Position numbers and translations under genes: made by a program. Positions 8,480-17,609 of a stretch of DNA of 54,565 bases are shown one piece after another; position 1 is the first letter of the stretch; every line of letters starts with the position of its first letter. The DNA is from Phycisphaerae bacterium (GTDB lineage: Bacteria > Planctomycetota > Phycisphaerae > WQYP01), in contig JBBRWV010000005.1 in assembly GCA_038248985.1 (NCBI GenBank), forward strand, positions 1 through 54,565. The letters are read 5' to 3'. Below the pieces are notes generated by a model that worked only from the letters and a program-made list of their open reading frames with translations, had not been told where the DNA came from and made no database searches.

Positions 8480-11400
8480 ATGCAGAAGTTAGCAGAGATT
8501 TGTATAAGGCGGCCGGTATTTGCCAGCATGATCATTTTAGCACTGGTGGTGGTGGGATCGGCGGCATTTTTTAGGTTGGGAGTGGATCGATTTCCAGCGG
8601 TGGATGTGCCGCGAGTGACGATACGGACATCTTTGCCGGGTGCGCCGCCAGAGCTGGTGGAGACGGAGGTGACGGAGCGGATCGAGGAGGCGGTGAACAC
8701 GGTGGAGGGGATTACGGAATTGCGATCGATCACGGGTCAGGGGACGTCGGCGGTCATTGTGTCGTTTGATCTGAAGCGGGATATCGATGCAGCGGCGCAG
8801 GATGTACGGGACCGGGTGGCGACGGTGCAACGGGATTTGACGCGGGCGGGGGCGGATCCACCGACGATCAGCAAGTTCAGCAATGATGATGCGCCGGTGA
8901 TGACGATTGCGATATCGGGGCCGCGGTCGTTGCGGGAATTGACGGAGGTGGCGGACAAGCAGATCAAGGAGGTGCTGGAGCGATCGAGCGGAGTGGGTGA
9001 GGTGCGGGTTGTGGGGGGTGCGCAACGGGCTATGAATGTGTGGGTGGATGCGGATCGATTGGCGGCGTATGAGTTGCCGATCACGGCGGTGCGGGATGCG
9101 CTGGTGCGGCAGAATGCGGATATTCCTGGGGGGAACCTGACGAATGCGCAACGGGAGGCGGCGGTGCGGATACCGGGGCGTCTGCAATCGGCGGCGGAGT
9201 TTGACGAAATTGTGATCGCCAAGCTGAATGGCGAAGTGGTGCGATTGAAGGACATCGGGCGGGCGAGTGACGACACGAAGGAGCAGCGGTCGGCGTCGTG
9301 GTTGAACGGGGTACCGACGGTGGTGGTGGAGGTGAGGCGGCAGAGCGGGGCGAACACGGTGGCAGTGATCAACGATGTGAAGGCGGCGCTGGGAAAGGCG
9401 AAGTGGGGGCTGGCAAGCGATATACGGGTGGAGGTGATACGGGATCAGTCGAATTATATCGAGGCGGCGCTGAACGAGATCAATTTGCACCTGGTGCTGG
9501 GGTCGGGGCTGGCGTGCCTGGTGGTGCTGGCGTTCATGCGTAACTGGCGCAGCACGTTTATTGCGGGGATCGCGATACCGACGTCGGTGATTGCGACATT
9601 TGGGATGATGTACGCGTTGGGATTCACGCTGAACAGCGTGACGATGCTGGCGCTGGTGCTGATGGTCGGGGTGGTGATCGATGATGCGATCGTGGTGCTG
9701 GAGAATATTTTTCATTTCATCGAAGAGAAGAAGATGAACCCGTTCGATGCGGCGCGGGAGGCGACGCGGGAGATCGGGCTGGCGGTGCTGGCGACGACGC
9801 TGAGCCTGGTGGTGATCTTTGTGCCGGTGTCGTTTATGAGCAGCGTCTCGGGGCGGTTTTTGTTTCAGTTCGGGATCACGGCGGCGGTGGCGGTGCTGGT
9901 GTCGCTGCTGGTGAGTTTCACGTTGACGCCGATGATGAGCTCGCGGTTGATCAAGGTGAAGGCGGGCGGAGCGAACGAGGCGGCGAAATCTCGGCGAGGA
10001 TTTTACGGATTGATTGATGGTGCCTACACCTGGATGTTGAAGTTGTCGATGCGCTTTCGGCTGGTGGTGGCATTGTTTGCGGTGGGGGTGATGCTGCTGT
10101 CGATACCGTTGTACCGGGCGGTGAAGCAGGAGTATGTGCCGAGTGATGTGGACGAGGCGGAGTTTCAGGTGAACATCACGGCGCCGGAAGGTGCGAGTTT
10201 TGAATCGATGCGCGACGCAATGAAGCAGGTGGACGAGGAGGTGCGCAAAGTGCCGGGGGTGACGCTGACATTGACGAGTGCGGGAGGCGGGTGGATCGGG
10301 CAGGTGAACTCCGGGGGGCTCTATGTGCGTATTGAGCCACATAAAAAACGGGTATTTTCACTAGGCAGGTTGTTTTCTGAGACGCTGCGTGGGACTCCGC
10401 AGAAGGCATTTGCGGGGAACTATTCACAGCGCGATGTCATGATGAACGTGCGGAAGGCTCTCGCGAAATTTAAGCAGTTGCGTGCAGGGGTGCAGAATTA
10501 TCCGTCATTCAACGTGGGCGGGTCGTCAGCGGATGTTGATTTTGTTTTGCGCGGGCCGGAGCTGGAGAACTTGCTGCAGTATGCGGAGGAGTTGCGTGAT
10601 AAGACGCAGCCGGGGGAGAACGGGGAAGCGGCGGAGATTCCCGGGATATTGGATGCGAATACGTCGCTGCGCCTCGACAAGCCGGAATTGCAGATCGTGA
10701 TCAACCGGAAACGGGCGGATGATTTGGGAGTAAGCCCGCAGGATCTGGGGGCTGCGATACGGCTGCTGGTGGGCGGGGATGAACGGGTGAGCCGATTCAG
10801 GGATGAGGTGATAGGCGAAGTTTATGACGTGCAGTTGCGACTGGAAGTGAAAGACCGATTGAAGGACGACCAATTGCAGTCGTTGTTTTTACCCCGGCAG
10901 GATACGGGCGGCCAACTAGTGGAACTCTCCAACATTGCGGACATCAAGACGGTGAATTCGGCATCACGGATTGACCGACTGGACAGGCAAAGGACGGTGG
11001 CAATACGGGCGTCGGTGGCACCGGGCTTTGCGCAAGCGGATCGCATCGCGGCGTTGCGCCAAACGGTAGCGAAGATGAATTTGCCGGCGACGTATACGAA
11101 CACGATCAGCGGGCGTGCGAAGGAACTGGAGACGACGTTTGTCGAGTTCCTGTGGGCTTTTCTGCTATCGGTGATTTTCATGTACATCATCCTGGCATCG
11201 CAATATGAGTCGCTGGTGCATCCGTTGACCATTTTGTTGAGCCTTCCGCTGAGCGTTCCGTTTGCGTTATTTTCACTATGGGCGAGCGGCGGGACGCTGA
11301 ATCTTTATTCGGCGCTGGGGATACTGGTGCTGTTCGGCGTGGTGAAGAAGAATGCCATTTTGCAGATCGACCACATGAATCAGCTACGGCAAAAAGGTTT

Positions 11401-11713
11401 GTCACGTTTTGATGCGATTATCCAGGGGAATCGGGATCGGTTGCGGCCGATCCTGATGACGACACTGGCGCTGGTGGCGGGGATGCTGCCACTGTGGCTG
11501 GGATCGGGGCCGGGATCGGAGGAGCGTCGCGCGGTGGCGGTGGTGGTGATTGGGGGGCAGACGTTGTCGCTATTGTTGACGCTGCTGGTGACACCGGTGG
11601 TGTATTCGCTGCTGGAGGATGTGGCGTCGGTTGTGCGGGGGCAGAAGCGGCCGGCGAATACGGCGGTGAAGAAGACGGTGACGGCGGTGGTGGAACACGC
11701 TGGCAGCGCGTGA
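8480..11713 (+). CDS. RND efflux transporter permease (AcrB/MdtB-like)
   Basis: 1077 aa; IRRPVFA N-terminus, IDDAIVVLEN, KKNAIL, RLRPILMTT motifs. Confidence 0.96.
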   Translation: MQKLAEICIRRPVFASMIILALVVVGSAAFFRLGVDRFPAVDVPRVTIRTSLPGAPPELVETEVTERIEEAVNTVEGITELRSITGQGTSAVIVSFDLKRDIDAAAQDVRDRVATVQRDLTRAGADPPTISKFSNDDAPVMTIAISGPRSLRELTEVADKQIKEVLERSSGVGEVRVVGGAQRAMNVWVDADRLAAYELPITAVRDALVRQNADIPGGNLTNAQREAAVRIPGRLQSAAEFDEIVIAKLNGEVVRLKDIGRASDDTKEQRSASWLNGVPTVVVEVRRQSGANTVAVINDVKAALGKAKWGLASDIRVEVIRDQSNYIEAALNEINLHLVLGSGLACLVVLAFMRNWRSTFIAGIAIPTSVIATFGMMYALGFTLNSVTMLALVLMVGVVIDDAIVVLENIFHFIEEKKMNPFDAAREATREIGLAVLATTLSLVVIFVPVSFMSSVSGRFLFQFGITAAVAVLVSLLVSFTLTPMMSSRLIKVKAGGANEAAKSRRGFYGLIDGAYTWMLKLSMRFRLVVALFAVGVMLLSIPLYRAVKQEYVPSDVDEAEFQVNITAPEGASFESMRDAMKQVDEEVRKVPGVTLTLTSAGGGWIGQVNSGGLYVRIEPHKKRVFSLGRLFSETLRGTPQKAFAGNYSQRDVMMNVRKALAKFKQLRAGVQNYPSFNVGGSSADVDFVLRGPELENLLQYAEELRDKTQPGENGEAAEIPGILDANTSLRLDKPELQIVINRKRADDLGVSPQDLGAAIRLLVGGDERVSRFRDEVIGEVYDVQLRLEVKDRLKDDQLQSLFLPRQDTGGQLVELSNIADIKTVNSASRIDRLDRQRTVAIRASVAPGFAQADRIAALRQTVAKMNLPATYTNTISGRAKELETTFVEFLWAFLLSVIFMYIILASQYESLVHPLTILLSLPLSVPFALFSLWASGGTLNLYSALGILVLFGVVKKNAILQIDHMNQLRQKGLSRFDAIIQGNRDRLRPILMTTLALVAGMLPLWLGSGPGSEERRAVAVVVIGGQTLSLLLTLLVTPVVYSLLEDVASVVRGQKRPANTAVKKTVTAVVEHAGSA

Positions 11714-11858
11714 TTATCTGTCAGAAGATTGCGATGCAGGTTGGGACGTGGTGTGGTGTGGGTTGTGGTGGCGAGGCGTTCCTGCCGAGTGAGGGCGGGA
11801 ACGATCTTGATGGGACCGCGGATGACGATGCGCTGGTAATGATCCCAAGTGTGCCGGT

Positions 11859-12038
11859 TTACTTCATTTTTTCTACCCTCCCTGCATCGATCAGTTGCTG
11901 GTCAATCTCCACCGGTTCTGGAACATCCAGCCATTGGGAATAGGTAGAATCGATGCGTGAGTGCATTACGATGCTTCGGTCACAGGCGGTGAGTGACACG
12001 AAGCCAAGCGTCAGAGCAATCATCGGCAGTGTTCGCAT
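11859..12038 (-). CDS. Putative small lipoprotein (59 aa), absent from ORF track
   Basis: AAGGA RBS and ATG 2 nt after the VIT gene stop; MRTLPMIALTLGFVSLTAC DRSIVMHSRIDSTYSQWLDVPEPVEIDQQLIDAGRVEKMK*; lipobox LTAC. Confidence 0.55.
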   Translation of the reverse strand: MRTLPMIALTLGFVSLTACDRSIVMHSRIDSTYSQWLDVPEPVEIDQQLIDAGRVEKMK

Positions 12039-12040
12039 GA

Positions 12041-14206
12041 TTATTCCTTTACGGTGGTTTCATATTTGACACCATCGGGCATGGGAACGGGAACGGCGAT
12101 GGTGGTGCCGTGGTCGCCGGCGGTCTTAGTGAGGGAATCGACAGCGACGAAGGCGGTGAAGGGGGACATAAGGCCGTATTCGAGGGCGGGGGCTTTTACA
12201 TCTTTGGTGATATCGGTATCGGTGCGAATGGCGGTGTCGGTGAGATCGGCGATTTTCATGCGAGCCCAGATGGTGCGAATGCCGGGGTTTTGATCGGTGT
12301 TGTCGTCGCCCATGGTGAGGCTGAACGAGCGTTGTTCCTTACCGGCCTGGCCGCAGATTTGCGCGGTGCCGGAAGAGGTGCCCTGGAAGCGGCCGGTGAT
12401 GATGACGGGCTTTCCAACGAAGAGGTCGGGGACTTTTTTGGGGTAGACGTCGGTGACTTTGAGGCCGTCGAACTGAAGGGCAATGTTGGTGAGGGCGGGG
12501 TGACTGATGCGTTCGAAATAGGCGTTCATGATGGGCTCGGCCTGGTCGTTGAGCGAGAGGTAGGCGGCGGTGCCGTTGCCGATTTGGGCCATGGAGTTGA
12601 GGAGGTAGCGATTGGGGGAGGAGCCGACGCCGAAGGAGAAGACGCGGGAGGCGGAGAGTTTGGCATAGAGGGAGCGGAGGATTTCGGTTTCGTTGCCGAT
12701 GAAGCCGTCGGTGAGGAAGGCGACAACGCGGGTGCGATTTTCATCGTGGTGGAAGTCGAGGGCCTTGTTGATGCCGAGGAGCATTTCCGTGCCGCCGCCT
12801 TCGTTTAGATCATGGACGTAGGTTTCGGCCTTGCGGCGATTTTCTGCGGAGGCAGAGAGAGGGGAGGCGGCCATTTGCGAGGCACTGCCGGCGAACTGCA
12901 CGATTTGGAAAGTGTCGGTGGCATCCATTTTTCCGAGGGCGACAGCGACGGCATTTTTGCATTGTGCGAGGGGCTCGCCACTCATGGAGCCGGAGGTGTC
13001 GACGACGAAAACCATTTCGACGGAGCGGCGCGGGAGGCTTTTGAGTTCTTCAGGGGGGACGAGCATGAGGGTGAAGAAGCCGCCGTTGCCTTTGGCGTCT
13101 TTTTGGACAAACATGGCGGATTTGACGGTTTTTCCGGCGACTTTGTAGCGGAGGACGAAGTCTTTATTGGGGATGGAGTCGGCTTGGTCCAATTTAATGG
13201 AGGTGCGGCCGGCGGCTTGTTCCTGCTGCTGGATTTTGTGATTGACGGAATTGAGTTTTTCGATGGTGACACCGGCGTGGAGATCGACGGCGAGGGAAAT
13301 ATCGTGGCCGCTGCGGTCGGTGGGTTTGAGGTATGGGACTTCGGAGGATTGGCCGGAGGTGCCGTGGCGGCCGCGGGAGATGGCGCCGATGCCATCGGTG
13401 GTGCCTTCGGGGTTGTAACGGGGGCCGACGACCATGGGGAAGGCCCATTCATACCAGCCATCCTGATAGGAGAGGGTGTGAAAGTAGCGGATTTGGATGT
13501 CGATTTTTTTACCGGGTTCGATGTTGGCGACGCGCTGGGTGAAGATGTTGGGGCGTTCTTGCGTCATGAGGGAGGCGACGTAGCCTTGCGTTTTGGCGGC
13601 ATTGTATATCTTGGTGGCTTCTTCGCGCTCGCGGATGATGCCGCGGATTTTGCGGTCGCCGACGGTCATTACGAATTCGTTGATGCCGGCGTTGTCGGGA
13701 AGGGGGAAGACGTAGACGGCTTCGATTTTTTCGGGGAAGTTGTTTTCGAATTGTTGCGTGACGAGGACGGAGGAGATGTAGCCGGAGATGGTGGCTTTGA
13801 CGTCGGTATGTTTGAGGGGGACGGGGATGAATTTTTGGTCTTTTTCGATGGCGAGTGTGCCGGAGGTTGGGGTTTGGTCATCGGGAATGGCTGTGGTGCG
13901 GGATTGATCGGCGGTGGGTTTTTGAATGATCCAGAGTTCATCCTGGCCTGCCGAGGCTGTTGATTTGGAGGGGAATGCAGCACCCGATGCTCGACCCATC
14001 ATGAACTTCTGCTTTCCCGTGGCCCGTGACTCGTTCGACCCGTCCTGGTATCTACGATCAAATCCCACGTTCTGCTCATCGTATAAGCTTGATAGATGAT
14101 TGAATTTGGACTCACTGGACCGTGGCCCATTGCACGCAACAAAAAGAATCGCCGTCGTGATCATCATGAACAGCGCCACCAGCGAACATATCCACTTGCT
14201 TTTCAT
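12041..14206 (-). CDS. VIT (vault inter-alpha-trypsin) plus vWA domain protein, probable lipoprotein
   Basis: Signal peptide ending LFVAC; VIT PLKHTDVKATISG...EAVYVFPLP; vWA MIDAS FVVDTSGSMSG, GGGTE, FLTDG. Confidence 0.92.
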   Translation of the reverse strand: MKSKWICSLVALFMMITTAILFVACNGPRSSESKFNHLSSLYDEQNVGFDRRYQDGSNESRATGKQKFMMGRASGAAFPSKSTASAGQDELWIIQKPTADQSRTTAIPDDQTPTSGTLAIEKDQKFIPVPLKHTDVKATISGYISSVLVTQQFENNFPEKIEAVYVFPLPDNAGINEFVMTVGDRKIRGIIREREEATKIYNAAKTQGYVASLMTQERPNIFTQRVANIEPGKKIDIQIRYFHTLSYQDGWYEWAFPMVVGPRYNPEGTTDGIGAISRGRHGTSGQSSEVPYLKPTDRSGHDISLAVDLHAGVTIEKLNSVNHKIQQQEQAAGRTSIKLDQADSIPNKDFVLRYKVAGKTVKSAMFVQKDAKGNGGFFTLMLVPPEELKSLPRRSVEMVFVVDTSGSMSGEPLAQCKNAVAVALGKMDATDTFQIVQFAGSASQMAASPLSASAENRRKAETYVHDLNEGGGTEMLLGINKALDFHHDENRTRVVAFLTDGFIGNETEILRSLYAKLSASRVFSFGVGSSPNRYLLNSMAQIGNGTAAYLSLNDQAEPIMNAYFERISHPALTNIALQFDGLKVTDVYPKKVPDLFVGKPVIITGRFQGTSSGTAQICGQAGKEQRSFSLTMGDDNTDQNPGIRTIWARMKIADLTDTAIRTDTDITKDVKAPALEYGLMSPFTAFVAVDSLTKTAGDHGTTIAVPVPMPDGVKYETTVKE

Positions 14207-14227
14207 CACGGTCTCTTCAAGGAACAA

Positions 14228-14695
14228 TCAGTTTACGCCAGCGGTGGCAGGAATTTTTTCGCCGCTGGGGCCGCAGGACTCCATCAGTTTGACCACGTAG
14301 TGTGGCTTGTCGATTCCGGTGATTTGCATGTGCACGCGGGCGACGCGGGTTTTGCCTTTGGGAAGGCCAACGCCGGTGTTGAAGGCGGCCACGATGATGC
14401 GTTTTCCGTGTAACGCGGCGGGATCATAGTATGGGGGTTCGGCGAAGGCACGATGGTCTCCGCCTTCGAGGCCGACGATTTCGGCGGTGCCATTTTCGAG
14501 GGCGAGTTCGAATTGATAGGCGGCGAGTTTTTGCGTGGCGGAGTCGACCCAGACGTCGACGGATTCAAAGCGGATTTCGGCATTGTCAATGAGAGGAGCT
14601 TCGATGCCGGATTTTGCTTGGTGCCAGACGATCAGCGTGACCAGACTGAGCAAGAGAGCGGCCAAAACAACTTCAAACAAACGCGGGCGTTTCAT
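14228..14695 (-). CDS. Membrane-anchored protein with cohesin-like beta-sandwich domain
   Basis: N-terminal TM, then alternating beta-strand pattern VDVWVDS...LAAYQFEL...IIVAAF...LPKGKTRVARVHMQI resembling cohesin consensus by eye; start overlaps the upstream stop. Confidence 0.65.
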   Translation of the reverse strand: MKRPRLFEVVLAALLLSLVTLIVWHQAKSGIEAPLIDNAEIRFESVDVWVDSATQKLAAYQFELALENGTAEIVGLEGGDHRAFAEPPYYDPAALHGKRIIVAAFNTGVGLPKGKTRVARVHMQITGIDKPHYVVKLMESCGPSGEKIPATAGVN

Positions 14696-15084
14696 CGTGC
14701 AGCCCCCCCACTGTTATCGAGCCGGACGGAGGCGAGGGTAAGTTGATCGATGCGTTGCTGGGTGATGGTGGCATCACCGGCGGCTTGCTTGCGGGCGAGG
14801 GTGAAAGCGTCGGCTATGGAAATGCGGCCATCGTGGTTGATATCGTCGGGATCGTAGGACTGGGCGGAAAACCAGAGGGTGCCGAAGATCGTGAGACAGG
14901 CAGCGGCGCTCAGGCTGGCGGCAGCGAGGATCATTTTGCGGAGGCGACGGCGGCGGGAGATGGAGCTAGAGGCATCGTGAAGAATGACGGCGTCCAGTTC
15001 AACGGGGATGCTGGAGGGGGTTTGAGCGGATTGCCGGAGTTGGTTGATCAGATCGGCTGGAAGTTGGTCGAAATCATTTGCCAT
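14692..15084 (-). CDS. Putative anti-sigma factor with extracytoplasmic dockerin-like/EF-hand loop
   Basis: Directly after ECF sigma; cytoplasmic N-terminus (IPVELDAVIL), RRRR, TM (AAASLSAAACLTIFGTLWF), then DINHDGRISIADAFTLAR (DxNxDGxIxxxD). Confidence 0.75.
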   Translation of the reverse strand: MANDFDQLPADLINQLRQSAQTPSSIPVELDAVILHDASSSISRRRRLRKMILAAASLSAAACLTIFGTLWFSAQSYDPDDINHDGRISIADAFTLARKQAAGDATITQQRIDQLTLASVRLDNSGGAAR

Positions 15085-15118
15085 ACAGGCCCTTTAGTGC
15101 GTAGGGACGGGGTTGGGT

Positions 15119-15664
15119 TCAAATATTTTCATAATATTTCTGGATGCGGGGATTTTGGCGCAATTCGGCGAGCGCGTGGTGCAGACGGCTTTTGACGGTG
15201 CCGAGGGGGATCTTCAGGAGGGTGGCGATTTCTTCGAGCGAAAGGTCATCCACAAAACGCAGGTTCACTACTTCTTGATGTTCATCCGACAGGTTACGCA
15301 GGAGGATTTGCAGATCGTGTGTGGGGTGGGCGGCCTCGGGGAAGGGGCGGTCGGGGAGGGTGTCGGGGCTCAGGGTGGGCTCGCGACGTTTGCGTTTGCG
15401 GACGACGATGGCGGTATTTTTGACGACGGGGTAGAGGAAGGTCGTCATGCTGGCGGTGAGGGTCAGGCCGGGGAACTTTCGCGCGAGGTAAGCGAAGGTT
15501 TCCTGCAGGACGTCGAGGGTGTCTTCCTGGTTTTGGGTGAAGCGCCAGGCGAGACGATGGACCCACTCCCGATGGCGGTGATAGAGTACGGCGAAGGCGT
15601 CATCGTCGCCGCGATTGATTGCGTCGATGATTTCCAAATCAGAACGTGAGTCGGTCGCTGTCAC
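15119..15664 (-). CDS. ECF RNA polymerase sigma factor
   Basis: GDDDAFAVLYHRH, DVLQETF, LRFVDDLSLEEIATLLKIPLGTVKSRLHHA; likely GTG start at 15664. Confidence 0.92.
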   Translation of the reverse strand: MTATDSRSDLEIIDAINRGDDDAFAVLYHRHREWVHRLAWRFTQNQEDTLDVLQETFAYLARKFPGLTLTASMTTFLYPVVKNTAIVVRKRKRREPTLSPDTLPDRPFPEAAHPTHDLQILLRNLSDEHQEVVNLRFVDDLSLEEIATLLKIPLGTVKSRLHHALAELRQNPRIQKYYENI

Positions 15665-15776
15665 GGGGAGATTCTCCGCGAGGGATGGCGTTACTGCCAG
15701 TCGGAGGCAAAACTGGACGGCAGTTGCCTGGGTGGTCGATAACTGAAGAAGCACGCAAACTCACAGGAATTTCCGC

Positions 15777-16808
15777 ATGGATTCATCCGCCAAGCCCACT
15801 TTCATCTGTGTGACCCCGGTCAAAGACGAAGCATGGATCCTGGAGCGATTTCTGCGATGCGCGAGCGTGTGGGCCGATCATATTGTTATCGCGGACCAGC
15901 AATCGCGCGATGCGACACGGGAAATCGCAAGGCAGTTTGAGCGGGTGCGGTTGATCGACAATCCCATTCCTCGGTACGATGAAGCTGGGCGTCAAAAGCT
16001 TTTGCTGGAGGCGGCGAGGAAGTTGCCGCTGGTGGCGGAGACGAACAAGCGGCTGATTATGGCATTGGATGCAGATGAGGCGTTGACGGGGAATTTTCTT
16101 AGGAGCCCCGAATGGATGACTGTGCAAAACGCCGGACCGGGTAGTGTGATCTGCTTCAATTGGGTGAATATTCGGCCGAATTTTCGGTCGGGGTGGATAC
16201 CCGAGGTCGATTTGCCATTGGGGTATATGGATGACGGGGCGGAACATCAGGGGACGGTCCTGCACAACTGGCGGGTACCGACACCGGCGGGAGCGCCGCG
16301 AATTGTTTGTCATGACATCAAGATTTTGCATTATCAGTACTCAGATTGGCAGCGAATGAAGAGCAAGCATCGGTGGTACCAGTGTTTTGAGCGTATCACT
16401 AACCAACAGAAATCGGCGATTGACATATTTCGACAATATCACCATATGTACGCGGTGCCCGACAAACAAGTTGCCAACATTGATCCAAAATGGTTTCAGA
16501 TCTATAGCGATATGGGAATCGATATGACCTCGGTCACGAAACAAACAAGCTACTATTGGGATGTGCAGATTGCTGACTGGCTGAACGAGCACGGTGCGGA
16601 GAAGTTTGCACAATTGGATATTTGGCAGGTGGATTACGAAGCCGTTTTTATGGCGGCGCATGATGTTGGGCCGGCACAGAGCCTTCAGGATCCGCGGACA
16701 CCGGAGCAGCGTGAGACGATCGCGTGGCTGCGCAAAACACAGGCTGTTGCGGCGGTCGACACTGCGGTACAGGCACATGAAGTTAAATTGAAAGAGGCGG
16801 GATGGTGA
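15777..16808 (+). CDS. Glycosyltransferase family 2-like protein
   Basis: VTPVKDEAWILERFL, IADQQSRDAT, ALDADE (DxD), ILHY. Confidence 0.85.
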   Translation: MDSSAKPTFICVTPVKDEAWILERFLRCASVWADHIVIADQQSRDATREIARQFERVRLIDNPIPRYDEAGRQKLLLEAARKLPLVAETNKRLIMALDADEALTGNFLRSPEWMTVQNAGPGSVICFNWVNIRPNFRSGWIPEVDLPLGYMDDGAEHQGTVLHNWRVPTPAGAPRIVCHDIKILHYQYSDWQRMKSKHRWYQCFERITNQQKSAIDIFRQYHHMYAVPDKQVANIDPKWFQIYSDMGIDMTSVTKQTSYYWDVQIADWLNEHGAEKFAQLDIWQVDYEAVFMAAHDVGPAQSLQDPRTPEQRETIAWLRKTQAVAAVDTAVQAHEVKLKEAGW

Positions 16809-17608
16809 GCGGTTCCACATCGTGTCCGCTGTGCGGCGGAACTATGCTGCTGACCGCGGTGGAAACGCCGACGTGGCGGGTGCGTGCTTGCGAGAGTTGC
16901 ACCAATGCGTGGACGGAGCCGGCCCCGGGTAGCATCGACTATGCAGCGGCGAATTTTCACGAGAAGACGGCGTCACGGCGAGGTGAGGGGAAGACCTTTG
17001 GTAACTTGCCGCCGCAATGGCAGAAAAGTCGCGATATGCAAGTCGGGTTGCTGCAACGCTATCTACCGAGCGGTGCCAAAGTGCTGGAAATAGGCTGTGG
17101 CGAGGGCATATTGCTGGAACGGTTGGCCGGGTCGGGGTTTGCCGTAACGGGGATCGAGCCGAGTCAGACGGCCTCGGGAAATGCGCGGGCGGCGGGGTTG
17201 AATGTGGTTACGGGATACTTCCCACATGCGCATATCACAGGGAAGTTTGACTGCGTGATTTTGTCGCATGTGTTGGAACATCTAGAAAATCCGCGAGAGA
17301 TTCTGGAGCGTGCGTGTGCAATTGCACCGCGGATTTTGCTGGTTCAGACGCACTGGCTGGGAGTCATGCCGCAGCGCTATCGGGACAAGTGGTACGCGTG
17401 GCTGCCGGAGCAGCATTTCTGGCATTTCACACCGCGCGGGCTGGAGACGCTTCTGACACCGATGAACTATCGCACCGAGGCCGTCGAGTATTCGTCGCTG
17501 GTGCATACCCGACCCGATGGGACGCTCAATCAGTTTTCCACCGTTGCGCTGTCAACGCCTAGTGGCGGAGATCAATTCCACCACCTGTTCCAGCGCGCGG
17601 AGAGATGA
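16802..17608 (+). CDS. Class I SAM-dependent methyltransferase with N-terminal zinc ribbon
   Basis: CPLCGG...CESC; VLEIGCGEG; GIEPS; SHVLEHLENP. Confidence 0.9.
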   Translation: MVSGSTSCPLCGGTMLLTAVETPTWRVRACESCTNAWTEPAPGSIDYAAANFHEKTASRRGEGKTFGNLPPQWQKSRDMQVGLLQRYLPSGAKVLEIGCGEGILLERLAGSGFAVTGIEPSQTASGNARAAGLNVVTGYFPHAHITGKFDCVILSHVLEHLENPREILERACAIAPRILLVQTHWLGVMPQRYRDKWYAWLPEQHFWHFTPRGLETLLTPMNYRTEAVEYSSLVHTRPDGTLNQFSTVALSTPSGGDQFHHLFQRAER

Positions 17609-17609
17609 C

